From assembly GCA_050950825.1 (NCBI GenBank), contig JBMNIH010000003.1, positions 256,001 to 320,000 of the forward strand: a stretch of DNA of 64,000 nucleotides, in the 5' to 3' direction. Position 1 is the stretch's first letter; every line of letters starts with the position of its first letter. Both the position numbers and the translations under genes were made by a program. The notes under the pieces are model-generated. The model was not told the origin of the DNA, did not search any database, and was given only the letters and a program-made list of their open reading frames with translations. Below, piece by piece: positions 9,718-18,934 of the stretch. Source of the stretch: Clostridia bacterium (GTDB lineage: Bacteria; Bacillota; Clostridia; JAAYHZ01).

Positions 9718-10605
9718 TCAACCTATGCTTGTCCGCTTTAATTCCGCTACGACAATCTCCGGTCGATTGAAAACGCGTAAGTTAATTGTACTGTTTCCTA
9801 ACCCTCTGCTTACGATCATTCTCGTGTTGTTTTTCGTGTAAATTCCTTCGGAATATTCCGGAAAGAAAACTCTTTCGGGTGACAAAAGCCCTCCTACACC
9901 GGGCAATCGTATGACGCCTCCGTGAACGTGGCCGCATAAAACCAAATCGGCTCCCCAATCGGCATAAGCCTGAAAGTGCAAAGGATTATGGGTGAGCAGC
10001 AGGTTAAAGCAACGCTCCGAGCATTCTCCCAACAAATCGGTCAAATTCTTTTCGGTAAACTCGACTTTGCTAAATTTTGTATCCCTCATATTTCGATAAT
10101 ATTTAAGATCCGTTTGCAATCCGTAGAGCCGAATTTGTTCGGAGCCTTTTTTAATAACCAGCTTTTCGTTATTGAGAACGACAACCCCCGCATTTCTTAT
10201 CTTTTCCAAATACTTCGGCAAAAATGCAGGATCCCAATACGCCGTAAACTGCTCGTGGTTTCCGGTTACATAATAGCAGCGGTATTTTGTCAAATGAGGC
10301 AGGAGGTCCAAAAAGACCCTGCCGTCATCGTTTCGGTTATTCATCATATCTCCGGTAATCACGACGATGTCCGGTTGTATTTCGTCTATTTTTTCAAGCA
10401 GCCTGCGGTTGTCTTTTCCGAACCTTTTGCTGTGCAAATCGGATAAATGGCATAGGGTAAATCCGTCCATCCCGGAAGGGATCTTCGAAGATTCTATTAT
10501 ATATCGGCTAACCTTAAGCCGGTTGTTTTGGTACAATTGAAATATAATAAGCAGCAATACAATGAGTGCCGTGAGAAATACAGGTTGTTCCGTTAAAAAT
10601 GTCAT
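9718..10605 (-). CDS. Metallophosphoesterase (YkuE-like)
   Basis: SDLH, TGD, GNHE, HNP, GHVHGG, SRGLG motifs. Confidence 0.9.
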   Translation of the reverse strand: MTFLTEQPVFLTALIVLLLIIFQLYQNNRLKVSRYIIESSKIPSGMDGFTLCHLSDLHSKRFGKDNRRLLEKIDEIQPDIVVITGDMMNNRNDDGRVFLDLLPHLTKYRCYYVTGNHEQFTAYWDPAFLPKYLEKIRNAGVVVLNNEKLVIKKGSEQIRLYGLQTDLKYYRNMRDTKFSKVEFTEKNLTDLLGECSERCFNLLLTHNPLHFQAYADWGADLVLCGHVHGGVIRLPGVGGLLSPERVFFPEYSEGIYTKNNTRMIVSRGLGNSTINLRVFNRPEIVVAELKRTSIG

Positions 10606-10778
10606 CGAATAAAAGCTCCGTCACAAAGGTTATGGTTTTGAATATTATTATATATAAAAGGCGGGCGGATTACAAAGCATTAAAAATTGCCCGCTCCGGT
10701 CAGGCTCCCCGAAATTCCTCCTTCTTTCTCACCTGTTTTCATCTTCGGGCATATAATGAATAAGAACCGATCGGAGGT

Positions 10779-11282
10779 GTGTTCATGCATAGCTTATCCG
10801 GAATTGAAATACCAAGAAACATACATAGAGCCGTCGCCGTTATAGAAGGGGGACCTTTAAGACCGGAAATCCGGGGAATCGTCGTATTTACCGAAATGGA
10901 CGACGGAACGGAGGTGTGCGTATCGGTAGAAGGCCTGCCCGATTACCGGCCTGCGGAAGGCAATTCCCAACCCGTCGGACCTCACGGTTTTCACATACAC
11001 GAATTCGGAGATTGCTCCGAAGGAGATCCGAATATGCCCTTTCAATCGGCAGGAGGGCATTGGAATCCGTACAACATGCCCCACGGAAATCATGCCGGGG
11101 ATCTTCCTTCCTTGTTTTCCAACGATGGTGTAGCAAAAATGTGTTTTTATACGAATAAATTCAAACCGGCCGATGTGGTAGGAAAAGCCGTAATTATCCA
11201 TGAAAACCCTGATGATTACAGGTCCCAGCCTTCCGGAAACGCCGGAAGAAGGTTGGCTTGCGGCATTATCCGTGCAGACTGA
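10779..11282 (+). CDS. sodC: Cu/Zn superoxide dismutase family protein
   Basis: HGFHIH, GGHWNP, HGNHAGDLP, IIHENPDD, GNAGRRLACG. Confidence 0.88.
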   Translation: MFMHSLSGIEIPRNIHRAVAVIEGGPLRPEIRGIVVFTEMDDGTEVCVSVEGLPDYRPAEGNSQPVGPHGFHIHEFGDCSEGDPNMPFQSAGGHWNPYNMPHGNHAGDLPSLFSNDGVAKMCFYTNKFKPADVVGKAVIIHENPDDYRSQPSGNAGRRLACGIIRAD

Positions 11283-11315
11283 TCCTACATTTCGTAATAT
11301 ACAAAAACCCCCTTC

Positions 11316-11347
11316 GACGTCCGACATTGTCGGATGTCTCTTTTTTT
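11316..11347 (+). terminator. Intrinsic terminator
   Basis: GACGTCCGAC-ATT-GTCGGATGTC followed by a T run. Confidence 0.65.
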
Positions 11348-11422
11348 GCATTTTTTCGATTCCTTGTATCTAACATAATTGACATGATATAATCAAATTG
11401 ATTAAGGTGAAAGGATGATCCT

Positions 11423-12358
11423 ATGTTTTTACCGATTCTTTGCGGAACATTGGCTTTTCTCGCGATCTTAGGCTTTGCTTTATCCGGATTCATCATTAAA
11501 AAAAGACCTTCTCGAAAACACGACATCCACGAATACATGCGCAGCAATCTTCCTGAAGGAGAATGGGATGCCCTTCTTAAAAGATACAATAATTCGGATA
11601 AGCAGGTTTTGGAATTGAAATCGCCTTTCGGATACATTGTGAAAGGATACGCGGTTTTTGTCCATCCCGAATCCAAAAAGTGGATCGTTTTATCCCACGG
11701 CGTAACCGCTTCGAAAACCCGGTCTCTTATGTATGCATCGATCTTCGACGGACTCGGCTTCAATTACTGCATATACGACCACCGATACCATGGAGATACC
11801 CAAGGCAAAAACATTTCCTACGGCTATTACGAACGCCATGATTTAAAGCTTATCGCAGATGAAATCAAAAAGCGCTATTCTCCCGAAATTTTAGGTATCC
11901 ACGGCGAGTCCATGGGTTCCGGAATCGCTCTTCTGTACGCCGGATCCATTGAAGACGGCGCCGACTTTTATATTATCGATTGTCCCTATGACAATTTTTA
12001 CGAAGAAGTCCGATACCGTTTTGCCTGCGCTCTTCCTCTGCCTTTATTCATGCAAAACCTCATACTGTCTTTTACGGACCTTTTTATTCGCCTTCGAGCC
12101 GGCTTTTCTTTAAAAGAGGTCAATCCGTCCCTCTATACGAAAAACATTAAAAATCCGGTTTTGTTTATCACAAGCAAAGAAGACACCTACATTCCTCCTT
12201 CCATGACTCAAAACCTATATGACTTAAAGAAGGAGGGCATAAAAAAGCTCTATATTGCGGAAAAAGGCGGTCATGCCCAAGCCTATATAGAGAATCCGGA
12301 GGAATATAAAAAGGAAGTTACCGATTTCTTAAAAGAAATCTTCCCTTCCTCGTTTTAA
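11423..12358 (+). CDS. Alpha/beta hydrolase (YqkD-like)
   Basis: N-terminal TM, LSHG, DHRYHG, GESMG nucleophile elbow, GGHAQA. Confidence 0.9.
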   Translation: MFLPILCGTLAFLAILGFALSGFIIKKRPSRKHDIHEYMRSNLPEGEWDALLKRYNNSDKQVLELKSPFGYIVKGYAVFVHPESKKWIVLSHGVTASKTRSLMYASIFDGLGFNYCIYDHRYHGDTQGKNISYGYYERHDLKLIADEIKKRYSPEILGIHGESMGSGIALLYAGSIEDGADFYIIDCPYDNFYEEVRYRFACALPLPLFMQNLILSFTDLFIRLRAGFSLKEVNPSLYTKNIKNPVLFITSKEDTYIPPSMTQNLYDLKKEGIKKLYIAEKGGHAQAYIENPEEYKKEVTDFLKEIFPSSF

Positions 12359-12383
12359 CGCTTCCTTCAAAAACCTAGAATTA

Positions 12384-13364
12384 TTATTGAATTAACACTT
12401 CGTCCGTTCCGTCGATGTCGCTTCGGTAGATACGGCCGTCCGTCATTTTCCGATAGAAGATGTATTGGTCGGTAACATTGATATGTACCGCCAAGTCTTT
12501 GGAGAAGGACTGGCTGCTGTTATCGCCGATTTTTTGCCTGAACAATCCACCGTTGTCACCGTCTCCGGAAAAATAGATTACGTCTTGGTTCACGTTGTAG
12601 GAGAATACGTTCTTGTCGGTAATAACCTTTTTATTCTCTCCGTTCTTGCCTACCGAAGTAAATCGGTAATCGTTGTATCCGTCCTTAAAATAGATGGTAT
12701 CTCCGTAAACCATCATGGACAAGACGCCTCCCACGCCTAAGCTCGTATTGTCCGATCCGTCGTGCTTCATTTTATAAAGCCCTAAATCCAAGCCGGAAAC
12801 GTAATAAATATAGTTTTCGTCCATGGCTAGGCTGACGGCGGAATCGTTCGATATCTTTTTCATGTCCTTTCCGTCAAAAGAACAGCTGTGAATCGTATTT
12901 TTGTCCAACGGGTTGATAAAATAGATTCGATCTTGGTAATGGGACAGAGAAAGCGGTTTATAAGGCAGTATCAGCTTTACCTCTTTCGTTTCCTTGTTGA
13001 AGCTGTAGTAGCCTTCGTCCTTCCTCAACGTTCCGTCGTTTTTTTCAATCCCACCGTAGAAATATATATACGTATCATAAACATTAAGCATTCCGTGAAT
13101 GGAACCGTCTATGGTATAAAGCTCATTAACCGTATCGTTTTCAATTTCAAACAGGGACTTTCCATCGGTGTAGACCGTCACTTTTCCGTTGCCTACGGCA
13201 ATCCCTCCGTTTATACTGTTTCCGGAATTGTCGTAGAATTCACTTTTTTTCTCACCGTTGCATCCCGTAAAAACGGTTGATAAAAACAAAATGAATAAAA
13301 CGAAAATCCCGATATGTTTTTTGCCGTAAAAAGACATGTCATCCTCCCTTAGTATAATACTCAC
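12384..13364 (-). CDS. DUF5050-type beta-propeller lipoprotein
   Basis: Lipobox FTGC; repeated IYY/IYF...DG motifs. Confidence 0.7.
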   Translation of the reverse strand: MSIILREDDMSFYGKKHIGIFVLFILFLSTVFTGCNGEKKSEFYDNSGNSINGGIAVGNGKVTVYTDGKSLFEIENDTVNELYTIDGSIHGMLNVYDTYIYFYGGIEKNDGTLRKDEGYYSFNKETKEVKLILPYKPLSLSHYQDRIYFINPLDKNTIHSCSFDGKDMKKISNDSAVSLAMDENYIYYVSGLDLGLYKMKHDGSDNTSLGVGGVLSMMVYGDTIYFKDGYNDYRFTSVGKNGENKKVITDKNVFSYNVNQDVIYFSGDGDNGGLFRQKIGDNSSQSFSKDLAVHINVTDQYIFYRKMTDGRIYRSDIDGTDEVLIQ

Positions 13365-13532
13365 TTAGTATAGCATAAATATTGCTTCTTTATTAAGAAA
13401 ATATCTGTTTGCTTTTCTTGGATAGTTTAACCCGTCAAATTCTTAACCTAGTATAATATAATGCAAAACGGGTATTTTGTAAAGTCATATTTAACATTTC
13501 ATTAACGGTAGCGAAAAAAAAACGTAATAAAT

Positions 13533-13985
13533 TTACGTTTTCTTTTCCGATACGGTTTTACAAACCGGGCAAGTAATTCGTAGCTTCCCTTTGTTTTTCG
13601 GAACTCTTAACATGTTTCCGCATTTTTTACATTTGAAAAAGACGTAGTCTTTTTTCTGCGCCTGAACGGTTTTATACAAGGATTTTTTTCTTCTAAACCA
13701 ATTGACGATACTCATCGTTACGTTTTTTACGATTCGAAAAACCTTGCCTATATGCCTTCCGATATTTTTTTGAAACCAAGCCTGCTCCGCCCGTCTTTTG
13801 TCCGTATTCCTCGAGAAGGTGCGGAATAACGCATATCCCAAAATGGGGTAGCTTAACAGCCTTACATAAGGAATGTACAAAAACAAAAAGGACAAAACCA
13901 ATAGAAATATGTTAAAAGTGTCTCCCCCGTATCGGCCGTAGAAAAATCTTCGGAGCGATTGCATCAATCGTTCGAAAAAATTCAC
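13533..13985 (-). CDS. Conserved membrane protein with C-terminal zinc ribbon
   Basis: GRYGGD, TM segments, CKKC...LRVP...CPVC. Confidence 0.75.
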   Translation of the reverse strand: MNFFERLMQSLRRFFYGRYGGDTFNIFLLVLSFLFLYIPYVRLLSYPILGYALFRTFSRNTDKRRAEQAWFQKNIGRHIGKVFRIVKNVTMSIVNWFRRKKSLYKTVQAQKKDYVFFKCKKCGNMLRVPKNKGKLRITCPVCKTVSEKKT

Positions 13986-14197
13986 GTTAAATACACTCCT
14001 TTCACCTTTCGAATAATCTATTATAACATGTTTATTTCATATTCGGTAAGATATGATTCATATATTTTATAGGAATTTCTCTTTCGTTTCTCTTTCGAAA
14101 AAATTTTTGTATGCGACAGTCATCTTTTGAAACCATCAATCATATCTTAAAGTAAATAGAGTCTAAAAAAATTTTTTAAAAAACCTTTAGGTAATAT

Positions 14198-14226
14198 TTG
14201 ACATTTATGTAATCATATTATATAAT
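14198..14226 (+). promoter_or_regulatory. Consensus sigma-A promoter
   Basis: TTGACA-17 bp-TATAAT. Confidence 0.75.
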
Positions 14227-14266
14227 GACTTTATTAAAAAACGGTACGTATGGGGAATCATGAAAG

Positions 14267-15040
14267 ATGTTAAAGACGAGGGGAATGGTAATCTTTTTCA
14301 TAGCGGCAGGGACGGTATTGTTCATTCTAACATACTTTTTTACTTATGCATCCGTAAACGGTGCCGCAACGGTATCGCAAAACAAGCCCATTGAAATCGA
14401 GTTGAACAATGCCGATCGTATAACCATGGATCTCCAACGGGCAAACGTTATCTTTTATAAAAACAAGGATAATCGCATCCTCATTACATACGAACCGGGA
14501 TTATACGAGTCGGTTCCCGATTACGAAACGATGAAGCCTCAAGTAAAATACTCGAAAAACGAACTGCGGATTAAAATGCGTTCTTCCGACCACATACCCA
14601 CAATCAATATCTATATTCCCTCTTCCTTAAAGCATGTTACCGTACTTCATGAAGAAGGAAGCCTTCTTTTCAACGACGATTGTACTTACGGCTTAACGGT
14701 TGAGGGTAAAAAAAGCGAAGTCAAAATCAACTATATTCGTTCGTTGTTGAACATAAACGTAGCCGAAGGCAATGTGACCGTATTGAAGGGATTCCTGCCG
14801 AAGGGAAGCGGTATTAAGGTCAAAATAGGAAATATTCGCTTATGTGCGCTATTGGATGACGGAGATTATACCTTCTCCACCGATTACGGCAATATCGATT
14901 TTAAAAGCGGAACCGAAGGTATCGTTTTAGCTCCTTTAGGCTACACCCTTAAAAACGAATTTCCGACTTATACAGCCGGAAACGTTTTTGTAACGTTGGA
15001 CAGCAAGGTCGGATCCATATCCGCCCTTGCCGAATTTTAA
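14267..15040 (+). CDS. Membrane-anchored DUF4097-like beta-strand-repeat protein
   Basis: N-terminal TM; repeats of the type xGNV/xGNI/xGSI. Confidence 0.6.
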   Translation: MLKTRGMVIFFIAAGTVLFILTYFFTYASVNGAATVSQNKPIEIELNNADRITMDLQRANVIFYKNKDNRILITYEPGLYESVPDYETMKPQVKYSKNELRIKMRSSDHIPTINIYIPSSLKHVTVLHEEGSLLFNDDCTYGLTVEGKKSEVKINYIRSLLNINVAEGNVTVLKGFLPKGSGIKVKIGNIRLCALLDDGDYTFSTDYGNIDFKSGTEGIVLAPLGYTLKNEFPTYTAGNVFVTLDSKVGSISALAEF

Positions 15041-15139
15041 ATTGCCCCACCCGGAACCGGTTTGTTTTCTCAACCTTTCAAGCCGGTTTCCATTCCCTTT
15101 ATTGCTGTGCGTCTCCTTGCACAGCCTTTTTTTATTTCT

Positions 15140-16816
15140 TTAAAAAGCTTCTCCCTTTTGCTCGTTGGCCAAGCTCCTCAGCTTTTTCATGACGTTGTTT
15201 TGGCCTCGGCCGAAATAGTCGTGAAGCGCCCTGTACTCTTCGTACAAAGAGTCATAAACCCTTTTGTAAGAACCGTTAGGGCGGTAAGTCACGGTATCCT
15301 TGCCGGCCATGCGCTCCGCCGCATCGGACAGAAGGTCGTATCCTCCCGCCTTACTTCCCGCAGCTGCAGCGGCGAACATTGCCGCACCCAGTGCGCCGAT
15401 TTGGGAGGTCTTGTTTACCGTTATCTCCATCCCCAATACATCGGCAAAAACCTGCATGACAAAGGGGCTTTTTACGGCGATTCCTCCCGCCGCCACGATT
15501 CCTTCGATAGGAACGCCGCTATTAATAAAGGTTTCCACGATCATTCGGGTTCCGAAGGCGGTGGCTTCCGTCAAGGCTCGGTATATTTCTTCGGGCTTGG
15601 TCTGTAAGGTGCATCCCACAATCATTCCGGACAGGTCCGCATCTACCAATACGGAACGATTTCCGTTCCACCAGTCCAAAGCCAACAGACCGCTCTCACC
15701 GGGCTTTAATCGGGATGCTAACATATCCAAATGCGCAAGAAGCTTTCTCTTATCGGCTTTTGCCTCTTGTTCTATATAAGAAGGACACGCATTTTCCGCA
15801 AACCAAGCAAAGTGGTCTCCCATACAAGCTTGCCCCGCTTCGTATCCGAAATATCCGGGTATAATGCCGTCCTCCACCACGCCGCTGATACCGGGCACAT
15901 GCTTTTCTTTTTCTCCTAGCAATAGGTGGCACATGGATGTCCCCACGATCATAAAAAGCTTCCCCGGTTTTGTAATACCCACCCCGAGTACGGCGGCATG
16001 GGCGTCAATGACGGATACCGCAACGGAGGTTCCCTCCGACAAGCCGGAAAGTGCGGCGCCGCATCGATTGATTTCCCCCGCTTTTGAGCCTGCAGGCATC
16101 ACTTCCCCCGGAAGCTTTTCTTCAACCAACTTCTCCAATCGCACATCCAGCGCTTTTAAAAAGTCCTTCGTAGGGTATCCCTCTTTTTTATGCCAAGTCG
16201 CCTTGTATCCGGCCATACAGCTGCTTTTGACGATATTTCCGGTAAGGACATAAACGAGCCAATCTCCGGCTTCTACTAAGGCCGCCATGGACTCGTAGAT
16301 CTCGGGATCCTCGTCCAAAATTTGCATCGCCTTCGGTATCAGCCATTCGGAAGAAATTTTTCCGCCATAGCGATCCAAAAATGCTTCCTTTCTTTCAAAG
16401 GCCAGCCTGTTGACCCGATCCGCTTCATACTGGGCGGCATGGTGCTTCCAAAGCTTCACGTAGGCGTGGGGTCGTTTTTTGTATTTCTCTTGGAAGCATA
16501 AGGGATTCATGTTTTCATCCACGGGTATAACGGTGCATGCGGTAAAATCAATCCCCAAGCCGATCACTTCCGTTTTGTCTGCACCCCCCTTTTCCATGAC
16601 AGCCGGAACCAAGTATTGAACCGCGTCCAAATAGTCCTGCGGGTGCTGAAGAGCCCAATTTATACCTAAGGGAGTTCCGTCCGGCAAAGCTCTGTCCATA
16701 ACGCCGTGAGGATAATCAAAAACACAGTCCGCTAAGATTCTTCCGTTTTGTACGTTTACAAGAACCGCTCGAGCGGATAAGGTACCGAAATCTAAACCGA
16801 TAACATACTTTGCCAT
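15140..16816 (-). CDS. araB: L-ribulokinase
   Basis: YVIGLDFGTLSARA, WKHHAAQ, IDAHAA, LDWWNGNRS; start moved to MAKY after a GGAAGG RBS. Confidence 0.92.
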   Translation of the reverse strand: MAKYVIGLDFGTLSARAVLVNVQNGRILADCVFDYPHGVMDRALPDGTPLGINWALQHPQDYLDAVQYLVPAVMEKGGADKTEVIGLGIDFTACTVIPVDENMNPLCFQEKYKKRPHAYVKLWKHHAAQYEADRVNRLAFERKEAFLDRYGGKISSEWLIPKAMQILDEDPEIYESMAALVEAGDWLVYVLTGNIVKSSCMAGYKATWHKKEGYPTKDFLKALDVRLEKLVEEKLPGEVMPAGSKAGEINRCGAALSGLSEGTSVAVSVIDAHAAVLGVGITKPGKLFMIVGTSMCHLLLGEKEKHVPGISGVVEDGIIPGYFGYEAGQACMGDHFAWFAENACPSYIEQEAKADKRKLLAHLDMLASRLKPGESGLLALDWWNGNRSVLVDADLSGMIVGCTLQTKPEEIYRALTEATAFGTRMIVETFINSGVPIEGIVAAGGIAVKSPFVMQVFADVLGMEITVNKTSQIGALGAAMFAAAAAGSKAGGYDLLSDAAERMAGKDTVTYRPNGSYKRVYDSLYEEYRALHDYFGRGQNNVMKKLRSLANEQKGEAF

Positions 16817-16907
16817 ATGAACCTTCCTTCCTTTTTTTCTTCTATGGATACTTCTTTGTTTGGAAAAATCCCACTTTGGCAAGTGGGATTTTTCGGTTTT
16901 TCAATCT

Positions 16908-18005
16908 TCATTCCAATCTTCCGTGCATCGGATTGGAGGGAAGAGGCTGCGGTCTTTCGCATGTCGTTTCCAACACATAGTTGGATTTGGTATCCGAAGC
17001 GATGTGGATGCCGTGCATGATTTCCAAGACGTGGCATGCCAACTCTCCGGAGCAGCGATTCTTTCTTCCCGTTTTTAAAGCGTAAGCCATATCGGCCACA
17101 CCGATTCCGCGAGAATTGTCACGGTACATATGGGTCAAGGGGACTTCGGTCCATTCATTTCGACGAATTTTTACCTTGACGGGGCCGCCGAAAACGTTCG
17201 GGTCCGGAACGGACAGAGAGCCTTCCGTACCGTATATTTCGATAAAGGGTACGTTACCTCCGAATACGTCAAAGCTGGTCACAATGGTTCCGATGGCACC
17301 GTTTTTGAAATTCAAAAGTCCGGTTACGTGGGTAGGCACTTCCACATCCATAACGGTTCCTGCCAAGGGCTTGCTTGTTATGATTCTTTGTTTACGGGTC
17401 ATGCTTACCGAGCCTGCCACGCTTTCTACGGGTCCTAGCAAATTCACCAGCGCGGTCAAGTAGTAGGGTCCCATATCGAACATGGGGCCGCCGCCCTTTT
17501 TGTAGTAGAATTGGGGAGCAGGATGCCAGCTTTCGTGGCCGGGGCAAAGCATAAAGGCCGTAGCTCCTATGGGTTGTCCGATCCAACCGTCGTCAATTAA
17601 TTTTCTGCAGGTTTGGATTCCGGCTCCTAAGAAAGTATCCGGTGCGGCACCCAATAACAATTTTTTCTCATTCGCCTTTTTCACCAATGCTTTCCCTTCT
17701 TCAAAAAGGACGGACAAAGGCTTTTCGGTGTGAACGGATTTGCCGGCATCCAAAGCGGCGTCACAGACGGAAAAGTGAGCATTGGGCGTGGTCAGGTTGA
17801 GGATGATTTCGATTTCGTCGTCATTCAACATATCTTCAACGGTATACGCCTTTATACCGTACTCTTCCGCTTTCGCCTTGGCTCTTTCAAAAACGATGTC
17901 GGCACAAGCCTTTACTTCAAGAATTTCAAAAACCTCGATACAGTTTTTAAAGTAGATGGGACTGATATTGCCGCAACCGATAATACCGATTTTTACTTTC
18001 TCCAT
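16908..18005 (-). CDS. Gfo/Idh/MocA oxidoreductase
   Basis: GCGNIS, EKP, APDTFLG, GGGPMFDMGPYY. Confidence 0.92.
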   Translation of the reverse strand: MEKVKIGIIGCGNISPIYFKNCIEVFEILEVKACADIVFERAKAKAEEYGIKAYTVEDMLNDDEIEIILNLTTPNAHFSVCDAALDAGKSVHTEKPLSVLFEEGKALVKKANEKKLLLGAAPDTFLGAGIQTCRKLIDDGWIGQPIGATAFMLCPGHESWHPAPQFYYKKGGGPMFDMGPYYLTALVNLLGPVESVAGSVSMTRKQRIITSKPLAGTVMDVEVPTHVTGLLNFKNGAIGTIVTSFDVFGGNVPFIEIYGTEGSLSVPDPNVFGGPVKVKIRRNEWTEVPLTHMYRDNSRGIGVADMAYALKTGRKNRCSGELACHVLEIMHGIHIASDTKSNYVLETTCERPQPLPSNPMHGRLE

Positions 18006-18026
18006 TATGTTCCACCTTCTTTCTTT

Positions 18027-18752
18027 TTAGAACATTTTTTTATTGCTCTTAAATATATCGGACGTAAGTCCTTCCTTTAAGACGATATCCTTTCCTTCCG
18101 CCGCCCACAAGAAGCCTCTTCTCATGGTTTCATACGCTTCGGGAATTTCGAAAATGTCGGCATGATGTCCTAATGACGAATAGAATACTCGCCCTAAGCC
18201 CCATTTCTTCGTCCACAATACCGGCATATCCACGGAACCGTTGGAAGAGTGATACCACGTAACGGTGGGGTATCTTGTTACGGCAAGAACATCCACGGCG
18301 GGATCCACGTGAAGATAATATTGCTCGCTCTTTACAACAAAATCTTTTATGCCTTCCACGATGGGGCTGGAAGAAGATTTTTTTATCTCGACAAGGTATT
18401 CGACACCGTCTCCGCCCGGATGAGAAACCCAATTGCCTCCGGTGATGAACTGCCATTCCACGCATTCGCGGAATGCGTCGCACATACCGCCGTGGCATCC
18501 GGCGATACCCGTACCGGCTGCAACCGCTTCGCTGACGTTGTTCACTTGATCACGGGTAATTTTACCCATGGTCCATATGGGTATGATCAAATGCAGCGAC
18601 TTTAACATTTCCAAATCAAGAAAAGAATCCAATGTTTCCGAAATCGTTACTTGAAAACCTTCCTTTTTTAGCATGGCAGAAAAGACTTCCGACACTTCGA
18701 CGGGCTCATGGCCTGTCCATCCGCCTCGGACAATTAAGACTTGTTTGGACAT
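18027..18752 (-). CDS. ThuA-domain protein
   Basis: GGWTGHEP, WTMG, GCHGG, EQYY, GRVFYSSLGH. Confidence 0.85.
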   Translation of the reverse strand: MSKQVLIVRGGWTGHEPVEVSEVFSAMLKKEGFQVTISETLDSFLDLEMLKSLHLIIPIWTMGKITRDQVNNVSEAVAAGTGIAGCHGGMCDAFRECVEWQFITGGNWVSHPGGDGVEYLVEIKKSSSSPIVEGIKDFVVKSEQYYLHVDPAVDVLAVTRYPTVTWYHSSNGSVDMPVLWTKKWGLGRVFYSSLGHHADIFEIPEAYETMRRGFLWAAEGKDIVLKEGLTSDIFKSNKKMF

Positions 18753-18785
18753 AAAGCTCTCTCCTTTCAAAATCCCTAAAGGATT

Positions 18786-18806
18786 GATTTAACCTTATGT
18801 TAAATC
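18786..18806. promoter_or_regulatory. Palindromic putative operator upstream of thuA-gfo-araB
   Basis: GATTTAAC-N5-GTTAAATC perfect inverted repeat. Confidence 0.5.
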
Positions 18807-18934
18807 TCCGTAAATCATCATAACATAACGAAAGCCCGGAATCCACAATGTCAGGGAAATTATGAACAAGTATTTAAAAACGCGCAAAAAAGGCAAAGAT
18901 CCTTTGACCTTTGCCTTTATATATTCAATCCGAT

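Noticed and set aside
18779-18806. dif site (TTATGTTAAAT resembles a XerD arm)
   Set aside because: There is no XerC-like arm at 6-bp spacing; it is better explained as a palindromic operator.
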